Both the position numbers and the translations under genes were made by a program. A DNA stretch of 64,000 nucleotides from Candidatus Moanibacter sp. (lineage in GTDB: Bacteria > Verrucomicrobiota > Verrucomicrobiia > Opitutales > UBA2987), in assembly GCA_965215885.1 (NCBI GenBank), contig CBDCEW010000103.1, positions 64,001 to 128,000 of the forward strand, read 5' to 3'. The notes below the pieces were generated by a model. It saw only the letters and a program-made list of their open reading frames with translations. It made no database searches and was not told the DNA's origin. Numbering within the stretch: the stretch's first letter is position 1; every line of letters starts with the position of its first letter. Of the stretch, positions 33,513 through 43,613 are shown one piece after another.

Positions 33513-35429
33513 GACCTTATCCGAAAAGCTACTAATTGGCCGCAAAGAGGCGCAAAAGGCGCAAGAAAAACTTGAGAAAAATCATTTTTTGGCTTGATAA
33601 AAAGTGTCGCAACATGCTAGTGTTTAACAACCTAAGATTAAGAAATGAGTTAAACATGCCAACATGTGCGACAGAGGAGAACAAAAGCGATAAGACGCCC
33701 CTTAGCAACCTCATTCTGCCGGTTCCAGACACGGATTTCCGTGATTTTCTGGATGAAGTTGAAGAATTGGCCGGGTTCGCGGCGCAAATCATCGAGGCGA
33801 TCGAGAAGGATCTGGACGCCCATGCGCGTGAGAAGAAGAAACTTCGATTGGAAGATCGAAGGTTCTTTGAAGGGCGCACAGCGGAGCTGCCGGAGCTGGA
33901 CATCGAGGAGGAGAATATTCTGGCTGCTGAATTGAATCTTGCGGTAGGCCGGCCGCGGATGCCGGCTTATGCGGTATACGTGTTCGTGATGATTCGTGGG
34001 TTTCTCGGTTCGTTGACCACGAAACCGGCACGGCGGTTTGTGCGCGAGTCGATGAGCTTGTACGGATTTCTTCAGAGGCGGGGACTGAGGATGCCGGCGG
34101 TGACGACGATTCTGGAGAACGTGAACCTGGTCAGCCATAGGACCCGCGAGCTGATCTTTGATAAACAGATTGGGTTTATCCTCCAGGAGCAATGGGACGA
34201 TTTCGGGAAGCTGACGATCGACAGCACCTCGGTGAAAGCAAACAGCTGCTGGCCCACCGATGGGAGGATTCTGAGCGGTCTTTTGATGCGGGCCAATCGT
34301 TTGGGTCAGAAGTTGCATATATTCGGGCTGGAGGATTTTCGCAAAGGATGGGTTGGGCGTTGGCTGCAGGAGATGGACAAGCTGGAGTTTCAGATTTGTC
34401 TGGCCGCGGGCAAACCGAAGTCGAAGGGCAAGCTGAAGAAACACTACCGGCGGTTGCTCAAGCGGGGCCGCAAGGCGGCCGACTCACTAACGGGGGAACT
34501 GAGCCATCTTGAAGAGGGCCTGTCGATGGATTCACTGCCTCCCACTCGCCGGGAGCTTCTGGAGCGGGCATTGAGCCAGATCAGGCGCGATATTGCCGAC
34601 GCCAAGCGGGTTGTTGAGTATGCTCATGATCGGGTGTTTCACGAAAAGAAGCTACCGTCCACACAGAAGGTCCTGAGCCTCTCGGACGGATCGGCGGCCT
34701 ACATCAAGAAGGGCAGCCGCAATCCAGTGATCGGGTACAAGCCACAACTGGTTCGCAGCGAAAACGGTTTTGTCACCAGCCTGATCGTACCGCAAGGCAA
34801 CGCGGCAGACTCCATTGAGCTGGCGCCGGCCATCGGCGATTCGATCAAGCGCACCGGTGTCATTGCTGAACTGGTCAGCACCGATGACGGATATGCTTCG
34901 GCGAAGGGACGCAAGGAGGTGCTGAGCATGGGGGTAAAGCAGATCAGTATCAGTGGGGCGAAGGGCAAGAAGTTGACCACCCCCGAGGACTGGGAGAGCG
35001 AGGCGTATCGCGAGGCACGCCGCGATCGCTCCGCAGTGGAGTCGCTGATGTTCACGATTAAAGATGGATTTGCCTTTGGCGAACTCGGCCGCCGCGGCAT
35101 CGATGCGGTAGGCGATGAACTGCTCGAGAAGGTTCTGGCCTACAACTTCTGCCGCATCATACTGATGAAGAAACGCCGAGGGGAGGAACTGGAACAGGCA
35201 GCCTGAATCTGACCGCTTTGAAGCTCAGAGAAAAAAGCACCACGGGATGAGTATGCCTCCAGACAGCGGCAAATATACGTATTGTGCAGCAAGCCACGCC
35301 GATGGCCGCTCAATACCTGCTCATCGGCAGCGCCGGCAGCCTAAAACCCGAAACCTGCCAGCCATAGGCTGGTCCGCCCGTGGCGGAGAACCTTAAACCG
35401 CCCGCTCGAAAGGCTTTTCGAATGGGGTC
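33513..35429 (+). mobile_element. 1917-bp IS5/ISNCY-like insertion sequence, copy 1 (no target duplication)
   Basis: IRs GACCTTATCCGAAAAGC / GCTTTTCGAATGGGGTC; duplicated at 35824. Confidence 0.9.
33656..35206 (+). CDS. DDE transposase (IS5/ISNCY-like)
   Basis: TIDSTSVKANSCWPTD, STDDGY, RSAVES, AYNF; start uncertain. Confidence 0.85.
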   Translation: MPTCATEENKSDKTPLSNLILPVPDTDFRDFLDEVEELAGFAAQIIEAIEKDLDAHAREKKKLRLEDRRFFEGRTAELPELDIEEENILAAELNLAVGRPRMPAYAVYVFVMIRGFLGSLTTKPARRFVRESMSLYGFLQRRGLRMPAVTTILENVNLVSHRTRELIFDKQIGFILQEQWDDFGKLTIDSTSVKANSCWPTDGRILSGLLMRANRLGQKLHIFGLEDFRKGWVGRWLQEMDKLEFQICLAAGKPKSKGKLKKHYRRLLKRGRKAADSLTGELSHLEEGLSMDSLPPTRRELLERALSQIRRDIADAKRVVEYAHDRVFHEKKLPSTQKVLSLSDGSAAYIKKGSRNPVIGYKPQLVRSENGFVTSLIVPQGNAADSIELAPAIGDSIKRTGVIAELVSTDDGYASAKGRKEVLSMGVKQISISGAKGKKLTTPEDWESEAYREARRDRSAVESLMFTIKDGFAFGELGRRGIDAVGDELLEKVLAYNFCRIILMKKRRGEELEQAA

Positions 35430-35432
35430 TTA

Positions 35433-35773
35433 CTAGAAAAATCGGATCGTTTGCGACCCGCCTGCATGCGGGCGTGTTCTTCATCGGTGCAAGCAGCATT
35501 CAGCGGAACATCCGTCGTACCTTCATTTGGACGAACCAGTTCATTGCTCAACATATAGTTTTCCACTTCTTCTCCACTGACGTCTGCCAGCATCACACCG
35601 TCGATGTCCACGCAGGGAGAAAGCGTTTGGCCGGACTTCTCTACCATCTCGGCATAGATCTCAGGATTATTGATGATATCCTTATCTTCATACTCGAGAC
35701 TGTACTTGGCAAAGATTGCCCGCACACCTTTGCTCCATCCACACGTAGGTTTCAAATAAGCCGTAACTTTCAT
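35433..35773 (-). CDS. Glutaredoxin-like protein, apparent 1-nt frameshift near the C-terminus
   Basis: AYLKPTCGWS, SGQTLSPCVDIDG. A plausible native end SQTIRFF* lies in another frame (TAG 35435-35433); as read, the ORF runs into the IS to 35393. Confidence 0.8.
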
Positions 35774-35823
35774 AGTTTAATAATTCTACAGTTTATGAAT
35801 TTGTCTGCAACTTCACTTTTCTA

Positions 35824-37740
35824 GACCTTATCCGAAAAGCTACTGATTGGCCGCAAAGAGGCGCAAAAGGCGCAAGAAAAACTTGAGAAAAATCATTTTT
35901 TGGCTTGATAAAAAGTGTCGCAACATGCTAGTGTTTAACAACTTAAGATTAAGAAAGGAGTTAAACATGCCAACATGTGCGACAGAGGAGAACAAAAGCG
36001 ATAAGACGCCCCTTAGCAACCTCATTCTGCCGGTTCCAGACACGGATTTCCGTGATTTTCTGGATGAAGTTGAAGAATTGGCCGGGTTCGCGGCGCAAAT
36101 CATCGAGGCGATCGAGAAGGATCTGGACGCCCATGCGCGTGAGAAGAAGAAACTTCGATTGGAAGATCGAAGGTTCTTTGAAGGGCGCACAGCGGAGCTG
36201 CCGGAGCTGGACATCGAGGAGGAGAATATTCTGGCTGCTGAATTGAATCTTGGGGCAGGCCGGCCGCGGATGCCGGCTTATGCGGTATACGTGTTCGTGA
36301 TGATTCGAGGGTTTCTGGGTTCGTTGACCACGAAACCGGCACGGCGGTTTGTGCGCGAGTCGATGAGCTTGTACGGATTTTTGCAGAGCGGGGGACTGAG
36401 AATGCCGGCGGTGACGACGATTCTGGAGAACGTGAACCTGGTCAGCCATACGACCCGCGAGTTGATCTTTGATAAACAGATTGGGTTTATCCTCCAGGAG
36501 CAATGGGACGATTTCGGGAAGCTGACGATCGACAGCACCTCGGTGAAAGCAAACAGCTGCTGGCCCACCGATGGGAAGATTCTGAGCGGTCTTTTGATGC
36601 GGGCCAATCGTTTGGGTCAGAAGTTGCATGTCTTCGGGCTGGAGGATTTTCGCAAGGGATGGGTTGGGCGTTGGCTGGAGGAAATGGACAAGCTGGAGTT
36701 TCAGATTTGTCTGGCCGCGGGCAAACCGAAGTCGAAGGGCAAGCTGAAGAAACACTACCGGCGGTTGCTCAAGCGGGGCCGCAAGGCGGCCGACTCACTA
36801 ACGGGGGAACTGAGCCATCTTGAAGAGGGCCTGTCGATGGATTCACTGCCTCCCACTCGCCGGGAGCTTCTGGAGCGGGCATTGAGCCAGATCAGGGGCG
36901 ATATTGCCGACGCCAAGCGGGTTGTTGAGTATGCTCATGATCGGGTGTTTCACGAAAAGAAGCTACCGTCCACACAGAAGGTCCTGAGCCTCTCGGACGG
37001 ATCGGCGGCCTACATCAAGAAGGGCAGCCGCAATCCAGTGATCGGGTACAAGCCACAACTGGTTCGCAGCGAAAACGGTTTTGTCACCAGCCTGATCGTA
37101 CCGCAAGGCAACGCGGCAGACTCCATTGAGCTGGCGCCGGCCATCGGCGATTCGATCAAGCGCACCGGTGTCATTGCTGAACTGGTCAGCACCGATGACG
37201 GATATGCTTCGGCGAAGGGACGCAAGGAGGTGCTGAGCATGGGGGTAAAGCAGATCAGTATCAGTGGGGCGAAGGGCAAGAAGTTGACCACCCCCGAGGA
37301 CTGGGAGAGCGAGGCGTATCGCGAGGCACGCCGCGATCGCTCCGCAGTGGAGTCGCTGATGTTCACGATTAAAGATGGATTTGCCTTTGGCGAACTCGGC
37401 CGCCGCGGCATCGATGCGGTAGGCGATGAACTGCTCGAGAAGGTTCTGGCCTACAACTTCTGCCGCATCATACTGATGAAGAAACGCCGAGGGGAGGAAC
37501 TGGAACAGGCAGCCTGAATCTGACCGCTTTGAAGCTCAGAGAAAAAAGCACCACGGGATGAGTATGCCTCCAGACAGCGGCAAATATACGTATTGTGCAG
37601 CAAGCCACGCCGATGGCCGCTCAATACCTGCTCATCGGCAGCGCCGGCAGCCTAAAACCCGAAACCTGCCAGCCATAGGCTGGTCCGCCCGTGGCGGAGA
37701 ACCTTAAACCGCCCGCTCGAAAGGCTTTTCGAATGGGGTC
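35824..37740 (+). mobile_element. 1917-bp IS5/ISNCY-like insertion sequence, copy 2
   Basis: Same IRs as copy 1; 6-bp target duplication TTTCTA on both sides. Confidence 0.92.
35967..37517 (+). CDS. DDE transposase (IS5/ISNCY-like)
   Basis: Near-identical to 33656-35206. Confidence 0.85.
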   Translation: MPTCATEENKSDKTPLSNLILPVPDTDFRDFLDEVEELAGFAAQIIEAIEKDLDAHAREKKKLRLEDRRFFEGRTAELPELDIEEENILAAELNLGAGRPRMPAYAVYVFVMIRGFLGSLTTKPARRFVRESMSLYGFLQSGGLRMPAVTTILENVNLVSHTTRELIFDKQIGFILQEQWDDFGKLTIDSTSVKANSCWPTDGKILSGLLMRANRLGQKLHVFGLEDFRKGWVGRWLEEMDKLEFQICLAAGKPKSKGKLKKHYRRLLKRGRKAADSLTGELSHLEEGLSMDSLPPTRRELLERALSQIRGDIADAKRVVEYAHDRVFHEKKLPSTQKVLSLSDGSAAYIKKGSRNPVIGYKPQLVRSENGFVTSLIVPQGNAADSIELAPAIGDSIKRTGVIAELVSTDDGYASAKGRKEVLSMGVKQISISGAKGKKLTTPEDWESEAYREARRDRSAVESLMFTIKDGFAFGELGRRGIDAVGDELLEKVLAYNFCRIILMKKRRGEELEQAA

Positions 37741-37781
37741 TTTCTAGTGATCGAAAGACTCCTGCCAAGGAAAAATTCCTG

Positions 37782-37875
37782 GGAATCTGTCGGACCGTGC
37801 TTCTCTAATTTCCATGAGCTACGGAATTCCAGGTGAAGGATGGAGATCCCTACGAAGATGAAAACGACAGATTCC
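37782..37875. repeat. Family B miniature element (94 bp)
   Basis: GGAATCTGTCGG...CGACAGATTCC; colinear with 23644-23737. Confidence 0.75.
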
Positions 37876-37949
37876 TTCTTAGTCCCGGCAAGCCGGGGTA
37901 TCTGTTTCGAATATAGGAGAAAGTCCGTTCCCGACTTGCCGGGACTACC

Positions 37950-39343
37950 TTACACCTTCCCCGACTTTCGCCAACGATATAAAGTGGTGGGGTGTATTCC
38001 CAACTGCGCCGCCACCCAGGTGAGATCATGCCCGTTCTCCCTTAATAATTGTTTTGCCAGGTTCATCTTTTCACGCTTGCTGGGAATCCCGTAGCGACCC
38101 ACCACGTCTTCCATCTTCTTCTCGCGCGCCCGCCTGTTCAGGGACAGACCATCAACCCCCCGCCTGCCTTCACCGCCCATTCGCGATTCGGGCCTCTTCG
38201 GTAGATCCCACCAGGCGTTTCGCATGATAGGACCGTCATAAAGAATGGCCAGCCGGTCGATTGCCTGTTTCAACTCACGAACGTTCCCGGGCCAGTCAAA
38301 TTGCTGAAATTTATATATTAACTCAGGATCGAGACTCTCAAAATTCTTCCCGTAACGTTCCGCCGAGTCTTTTATGAAAAGGTTAGCGAGATCGGGAATG
38401 TCTTCCGTGCGATGTCGAAGTGGGGGTATATGCAGAATCACTTCGGATAACCTGTAATAGAGATCCGCACGAAACTCACCATTGTCTACTGCCTCTTCTA
38501 ATTCTCGGTTAGTTGCCGAAATCACACGCACATCACACTTATACTCTTTTGTGCTCCCTACCCTGCGCGCATGATGCGTCTCCAGAAATCGGAGCAGCTT
38601 CGGTTGGAGCGCCGTATCCATCTCTCCGATTTCATCGAGGAAGAGCGTGCCCCCGGCCGCCTCCTCCACCAGACCCGGTTTGTCCTTCACTGCACCCGTA
38701 AAAGCCCCCTTCGACACTCCGAATAACTCCGATTCCATTAAGTCCTTGGGGATCGCGGCACAATTGACGGCAACGAAACACAATTGACGGCAACGAAACT
38801 GCCTTTTCCCGCCGCCGAATGGAGCGCCTCCGCCACTCGCTCTTTACCCGTTCCCGATTCGCCCGTGATGAGCACGGTAGCATCGGTGGGCCCCAGCCGC
38901 TGCACCGATTCACCCAGTGTCTTTATGGCCCCCGATCGCCCCGTCAAACGGTTCGAATCGGTCTGAGCATTACCGCCGTAGAGCTGCCACCATAACTGCT
39001 GTGAATGGCCGCCATAGTTTATCGCCTCCTCCCAACGCTCATCCTCATCACTCACCATCACGACATCATGCGCACCATCACGCGCCGCCGCCATGATCTC
39101 CCTCGTTCCCAGTTCCGAACCAAACACCACATAGCACCTTCCCGCCCGCGCCAATCGCACCCGCAAGTTCGGCCATTCTTCAGAACTCATCATGTCGTAG
39201 GAAACGAGGTAGACCCGATCCGCCTCCAGTCGGTCAACTGCCTTAATGACGTCAGCTTCGTCCACTTGCACACCGAATCCGAGCAACTGTAAACGCTTCA
39301 ATAGCGAAGAATTTCGCTGTGAACTGATAACCGATACTTTCAT
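37950..39343 (-). pseudogene. Sigma54-dependent (NtrC/Fis-family) activator split by a 20-bp tandem duplication
   Basis: GESGTGKE in ORF 38738-39343; [29 protein letters not shown] and Fis HTH in ORF 37950-38783. CACAATTGACGGCAACGAAA occurs twice in tandem at 38759-38798. Confidence 0.9.
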
Positions 39344-39367
39344 TTAATCGCCCCTAACCCCGACTGG

Positions 39368-39542
39368 CCCGGTTATTTCACACACTTCGTAGCGAGACGG
39401 CGTAGATCGCTGCATATCATAGCTTTTTCGCAGACCGGCGGGCGACAGCGTGTTGGAACCTTCTGAGGTCGCCGGACAAGAGAAAGCTTTGAGATGCGGT
39501 GAGATCCGCTGTCGTAGCAGAAGGTTTGGTGAAATATCCGGG
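39368..39542 (+). repeat. Family A palindromic element, copy 3
   Basis: CCCGGTTATTTCAC...GTGAAATATCCGGG-CTAG. Confidence 0.9.
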
Positions 39543-39779
39543 CTAGCACCATGGGAGACAAAGTCCCTGTATGTATTTAGCGTGCCTTTGATTACTGGCT
39601 CGTAGTCCTCAATCATTAAACTCGTTCTCTTTCAAAATAACTGCGCTCATTCTGCAATGCAAGCGCAATGAACTAAGCCCCCGAATTTGCATTGCAAAAT
39701 CAACCGCGGACGCCCCCAGATCCTTCTCCCGCTATCGAATTCCGAGGCAGTTGCCGGTATGAACTAAATACGTCTTAAT

Positions 39780-39937
39780 AAATACCCCCTTAAGAATCTG
39801 TCGGAGTTACAAACTTTGAGATTCTTCATCGCAAACCTTGTCCCGAACCTTGTCGATCAAATACCCCCTTAAGAATCTGTCGGAGTTACAAACTTTGAGA
39901 TTCTTCATCGCAAACCTTGTCCCGAACCTTGTCGATC
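39780..39937. repeat. Exact 79-bp tandem duplication
   Basis: AAATACCCCCTTAAGAATCTGTCGG...CCTTGTCGATC at 39780-39858 and 39859-39937. Confidence 0.9.
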
Positions 39938-40482
39938 TTTACTCTTCAAACAAATCCGCGGACTTGGCTCGGCGCAGTGCAGCGAAGACGGCTCGAATCC
40001 GTGGTCAATTCCTCTTTATTCGTATTACTATCAGTCAGAACTTATTTTTTTGAACACGTTTTGGAGTGTACCATGTTGGTATTCAAAGCTGTGGAGTCGA
40101 CAAGGTTCGCGACGAGGTTCGGGACAAGGTTACCAGGGTATTCCAAGTCTCCTTCTCAATTCGATCAAAACTGTCTACACGGTTTACCCGCTCAGAATTC
40201 AGCGGAGCAAACCTCGTCCCGATCCCGCTCAGCGCGACCCGAACCTTGTCCTAAACTGCGAATGCATTGAGGTCGGAGCAAAGCTCAATTTTGCCAGTAT
40301 GCCGGGATTCGATGTTTTTGATCCGTTGCCTTCTCCAATCCGTTGAAAATCCCTCTTCATAGAATCCGCAGTGTCCTCGAATCTACGGGTCTTCCTCAAA
40401 AATTCGCGTCCATTTGTGTGAATTCGCGGTTCTCTTTTTCTTTTTTGGATGCGGCTTTGCTGCGCTGAGGCCTCCTTGCTCG

Positions 40483-40581
40483 ATCGCGGGATAAACCCGC
40501 TCCTACAACCCTCACGGGTAGTCGAGTTGAATCTGAACTCCTAATATCCGGCAGGTTGTAGGAGAGGCTTTACGCCTCGAT
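40483..40581. repeat. Inverted doublet of GTAG-type REP units
   Basis: Reverse complement of TGTAGGAGCGGGTTTATCCCGCGAT at 40483-40507, and TGTAGGAGAGGCTTTACGCCTCGAT at 40557-40581. Confidence 0.8.
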
Positions 40582-40623
40582 TCTCTGTCCCTTCTTCTGT
40601 CCCCTGAACTCTTTCCTCTTTAC

Positions 40624-42150
40624 TCAATACGCCTTCGCAAAGAGGACCCTCGCACGACTCCGCTCGCCGGTAAAGATGCAGCGGCCCTCTTCTTCGGAAT
40701 CCTTGATCCCTATGCATCTAATCGTTACTCCGAGGTCCTTATTCACCCGCTCCTCTACACCGGGATCTCCATTCCAGTGAGCCATCGCCCAACCCCCATG
40801 AATCTCCGGTTTCTCTGCATTATCGGGTGTGAAGAAGTCGTAGAACTGCTCTTTTGAGTCGATCCGGACGCAATGCTCCTTTTGGAAGCATTTCGCCCGC
40901 TCATAGAGCGATTTCTGTATATCATTGAGCAATTCACCAATCGAGCCAATGAATTCCGGCCGCGACTGGCTGTATCGTTCTCTGTTGCCCTTATCCCTTC
41001 GGCCGACGTAGAGCGAATCACCTGCAATATCTCTTGGCCCCACTTCGACCCAAACCGGAATGCCCTTCTTCACCCACTGCCACATCTTCTCGCCACCACG
41101 AAGATCGCGATCGTCCAGGACAACCTCCAGAGGCCGACCATCCCAGGTCAAATCGGACAACTCTCCTTTCAATTTCACACAGTATTCCATCACCGCCGCC
41201 CGTGAGTCTTCTTTATGGGCAACAGGCAATATCACGATCTGCGAAGGAGCGAGGCGCGGAGGCAATACAAGCCCGTCATCGTCCCCATGTGTCATAACGA
41301 GAGCGCCAATAAGACGGGTGGAAACACCCCAGGATGTCGTCCATGCATGAACTCGATCTCCCTCTTCGTTTAGAAAAGTGATATTGCTTCCCTTGGCGAA
41401 ATTCTGCCCCAGAAAATGGGACGTTCCGGCTTGAAGGGCTTTGCGGTCCTGCATCATCGCCTCGATCGTCAAGGTAGTTACGGCGCCCGGAAATCTCTCC
41501 AACTCCGTCTTCTCGCCCTCTATCACCGGCATAGCCATATGATTCTCACAGAATTCCGCGTAAATCCCAAGCATCCGATTTGTCTCCTCCATGGCCTCCT
41601 CCGAGGTGGCATGCACGGTGTGCCCTTCCTGCCAAAGAAACTCGGATGTGCGCAGAAAGAGCCGCGGGCGCCTCTCCCACCGCACCACGTTGGCCCATTG
41701 GTTAATCAGCAGGGGCAAGTCACGATAGCTCTGAACCCATCTCGAAAACATCTCGCCGATTATCGTTTCGGAAGTCGGTCGAACGATCAGCGGCTCTTCC
41801 AGGGGCGAAGCCGGGACGAGCTCTCCGTCCGCGTTCCGCTCCAGTCGGGAGTGAGTCACTACGGCGCACTCCGTTGCGAATCCCTCGACATGTTCGGCCT
41901 CCTTTTCCAGAAAACTCTTGGGAATGAATATGGGAAAGTATGCGTTAGTGTGCCCCGTCGCCTTGAACCTGCGGTCAAGCTCTCGCTGCATGTTCTCCCA
42001 TAAGGTGTATCCCCAGGGTTTGATGACCATGCAACCGCGAACGGGCGAATTCTCCGCCAGGTCGGCTGCCCGAACCACCTGTTGATACCATTCCGGATAA
42101 TCCTCCGACCGTGTTGGAGTTATCGCGTTTCTCTCTTTCTTTTTCGCCAT
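40624..42150 (-). CDS. proS: Proline--tRNA ligase (archaeal/eukaryote-type)
   Basis: VRPTSE, QWANVVRWE, EFLWQEGHT, QAGTSHFLGQNF, WGVSTRLIG, C-terminal FAKAY. Confidence 0.96.
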   Translation of the reverse strand: MAKKKERNAITPTRSEDYPEWYQQVVRAADLAENSPVRGCMVIKPWGYTLWENMQRELDRRFKATGHTNAYFPIFIPKSFLEKEAEHVEGFATECAVVTHSRLERNADGELVPASPLEEPLIVRPTSETIIGEMFSRWVQSYRDLPLLINQWANVVRWERRPRLFLRTSEFLWQEGHTVHATSEEAMEETNRMLGIYAEFCENHMAMPVIEGEKTELERFPGAVTTLTIEAMMQDRKALQAGTSHFLGQNFAKGSNITFLNEEGDRVHAWTTSWGVSTRLIGALVMTHGDDDGLVLPPRLAPSQIVILPVAHKEDSRAAVMEYCVKLKGELSDLTWDGRPLEVVLDDRDLRGGEKMWQWVKKGIPVWVEVGPRDIAGDSLYVGRRDKGNRERYSQSRPEFIGSIGELLNDIQKSLYERAKCFQKEHCVRIDSKEQFYDFFTPDNAEKPEIHGGWAMAHWNGDPGVEERVNKDLGVTIRCIGIKDSEEEGRCIFTGERSRARVLFAKAY

Positions 42151-42265
42151 CTTCAATATCTAACAACGGATGCCTTCAACTACAGACCAATAAATAGGTT
42201 ATCCAGGTAAAAAGTCCACCCACCGATCCCCGCACTCGCGATTCCGTGGCACGCGGAATCGCGTC

Positions 42266-42368
42266 TAGGAATCTGTCGGGCCTGGGACGTGTTTAGCGAG
42301 ATAGAAAAGTTCCGGTTCGAGCTTTGCAGCTACCACGCTAAACACGTCCCAGGCCCGACAGATTCCTA
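42266..42368. repeat. Family B-ended perfect hairpin (33-bp arms)
   Basis: TAGGAATCTGTCGGGCCTGGGACGTGTTTAGCG (42266-42298) and its exact reverse complement (42336-42368). Confidence 0.9.
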
Positions 42369-43064
42369 ACGTAGCTCGTATTTTGAAACTGTCGAAATCA
42401 GCCTTTCGGCCGCTGGCGTAATCGCACCAACATCACCGTAGAGAATCGCGTCAACTCTTACCTTCTTCCCTCCCCCGTGGTAGACCTTATTCGCCCTCTT
42501 GTTCGGAAGAATCAGACCCCCTTCAATCGAGATACCGGCATAGAGACCCTTGGAATTACTGTAGACGAACACCGGTGGCAGTCCCGCCTTGGCGTCAGTT
42601 TCCACGCCTACCGGTCCGGCCGCCGCCGCCGCGTCCACCCCAATTCGAAAATGTGTATCAGCCAGCTTCTTCATCACTTCCGGATCCATAATCACGAGAA
42701 TAATGGATATCTGGTGCCCTCCGAACTGGAATCCGAAACTGCCCTCTCCCAACCTGATGAAAGCGGGCGGACTCCATGCGCGCGTGACAGGGTCGCGCGC
42801 CAACGCTACTCCATTGCCCCCTTTGGCTCCACCGAAAAATGCGACTTGATATTCTCGAATGATTACAATCCCTTCCGCCCTCCGCAGAACATACCCCGGA
42901 ACCCGGGTCCTGTGTATGCGCATCAGTTCGTTAAACTGGTCCGTTAGCGTCGAGATACGCGTATCCAAGTGTGCCACTTCCAGTCCCGGCAGCGATACCG
43001 GGGAAAAAACGCAGAGGCCCAAAGCGCAAATAAGGTTCCACCTCATCCTCAATAGCTTCATCAT
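42366..43064 (-). CDS. Lipid-binding SYLF (Ysc84) domain protein
   Basis: WSPPAF, GSFGFQFG, AAAGPVG, YSNSKGLYAGISIEG; signal peptide. The ORF-track start lies inside the family A repeat, so ATG 43064 is preferred. Confidence 0.88.
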   Translation of the reverse strand: MMKLLRMRWNLICALGLCVFSPVSLPGLEVAHLDTRISTLTDQFNELMRIHRTRVPGYVLRRAEGIVIIREYQVAFFGGAKGGNGVALARDPVTRAWSPPAFIRLGEGSFGFQFGGHQISIILVIMDPEVMKKLADTHFRIGVDAAAAAGPVGVETDAKAGLPPVFVYSNSKGLYAGISIEGGLILPNKRANKVYHGGGKKVRVDAILYGDVGAITPAAERLISTVSKYELR

Positions 43065-43088
43065 ATACCGTAATTTAGAAACGATTAG

Positions 43089-43262
43089 CCCGGACATTTC
43101 ACACACTTCGTAACGAGACGGCGTAGATTGCTGCGTGTCAATGCCTTTCCGAAGCGCGGCGGGCGACAGCGTGTTGGGACCCTCTGAGGTCGCCGGGTAA
43201 GGTAAGTCCTTGAGATGCAGTGATATCCGTCGTCGTAGTAGAAGGTTTGTGAGATGTTCGGG
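43089..43262 (+). repeat. Family A palindromic element, copy 4
   Basis: TTAG-CCCGGACATTTCACA...TGTGAGATGTTCGGG-TTAG. Confidence 0.9.
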
Positions 43263-43439
43263 TTAGTGGACAACTGTTTCACAGAAATCGGACTTTTTCA
43301 ACGATTTCGTACCTATAGGAACACTGCCACCTGCATACCCCGAATCGTAAATACGCCGCAGTATAGTTTCAAACTTCGTTCCCCCGATCAAACAGAGTCT
43401 CAGTTGAGATTCTCTCCTTCATCGCTCGATCACCGCTAG

Positions 43440-43613
43440 CCCGGACATTTCACACACTTCGTAGCGAGACTGCGTAGGTTGCTGCGTATCACTGCCTTTC
43501 CGCAGCACGACGGGCGACAGTGTGTTGGAACCCTCTGAGGTCGCCGAGCAAGGGAAGGCTTTGAGACACAGTGACATCCGCGGTCGTGGCAGAAGGTTTG
43601 TGAAATGTTCGGG
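43440..43613 (+). repeat. Family A palindromic element, copy 5
   Basis: CTAG-CCCGGACATTTCACA...TGTGAAATGTTCGGG. Confidence 0.9.

Noticed and set aside
33650..36755. 264-aa antisense ORFs in both IS5/ISNCY-like copies
   Set aside because: Antisense shadows of the transposase with no motif; duplicated only because the IS is
39780..39937. CRISPR array
   Set aside because: Two exact adjacent copies with no spacer and no cas genes
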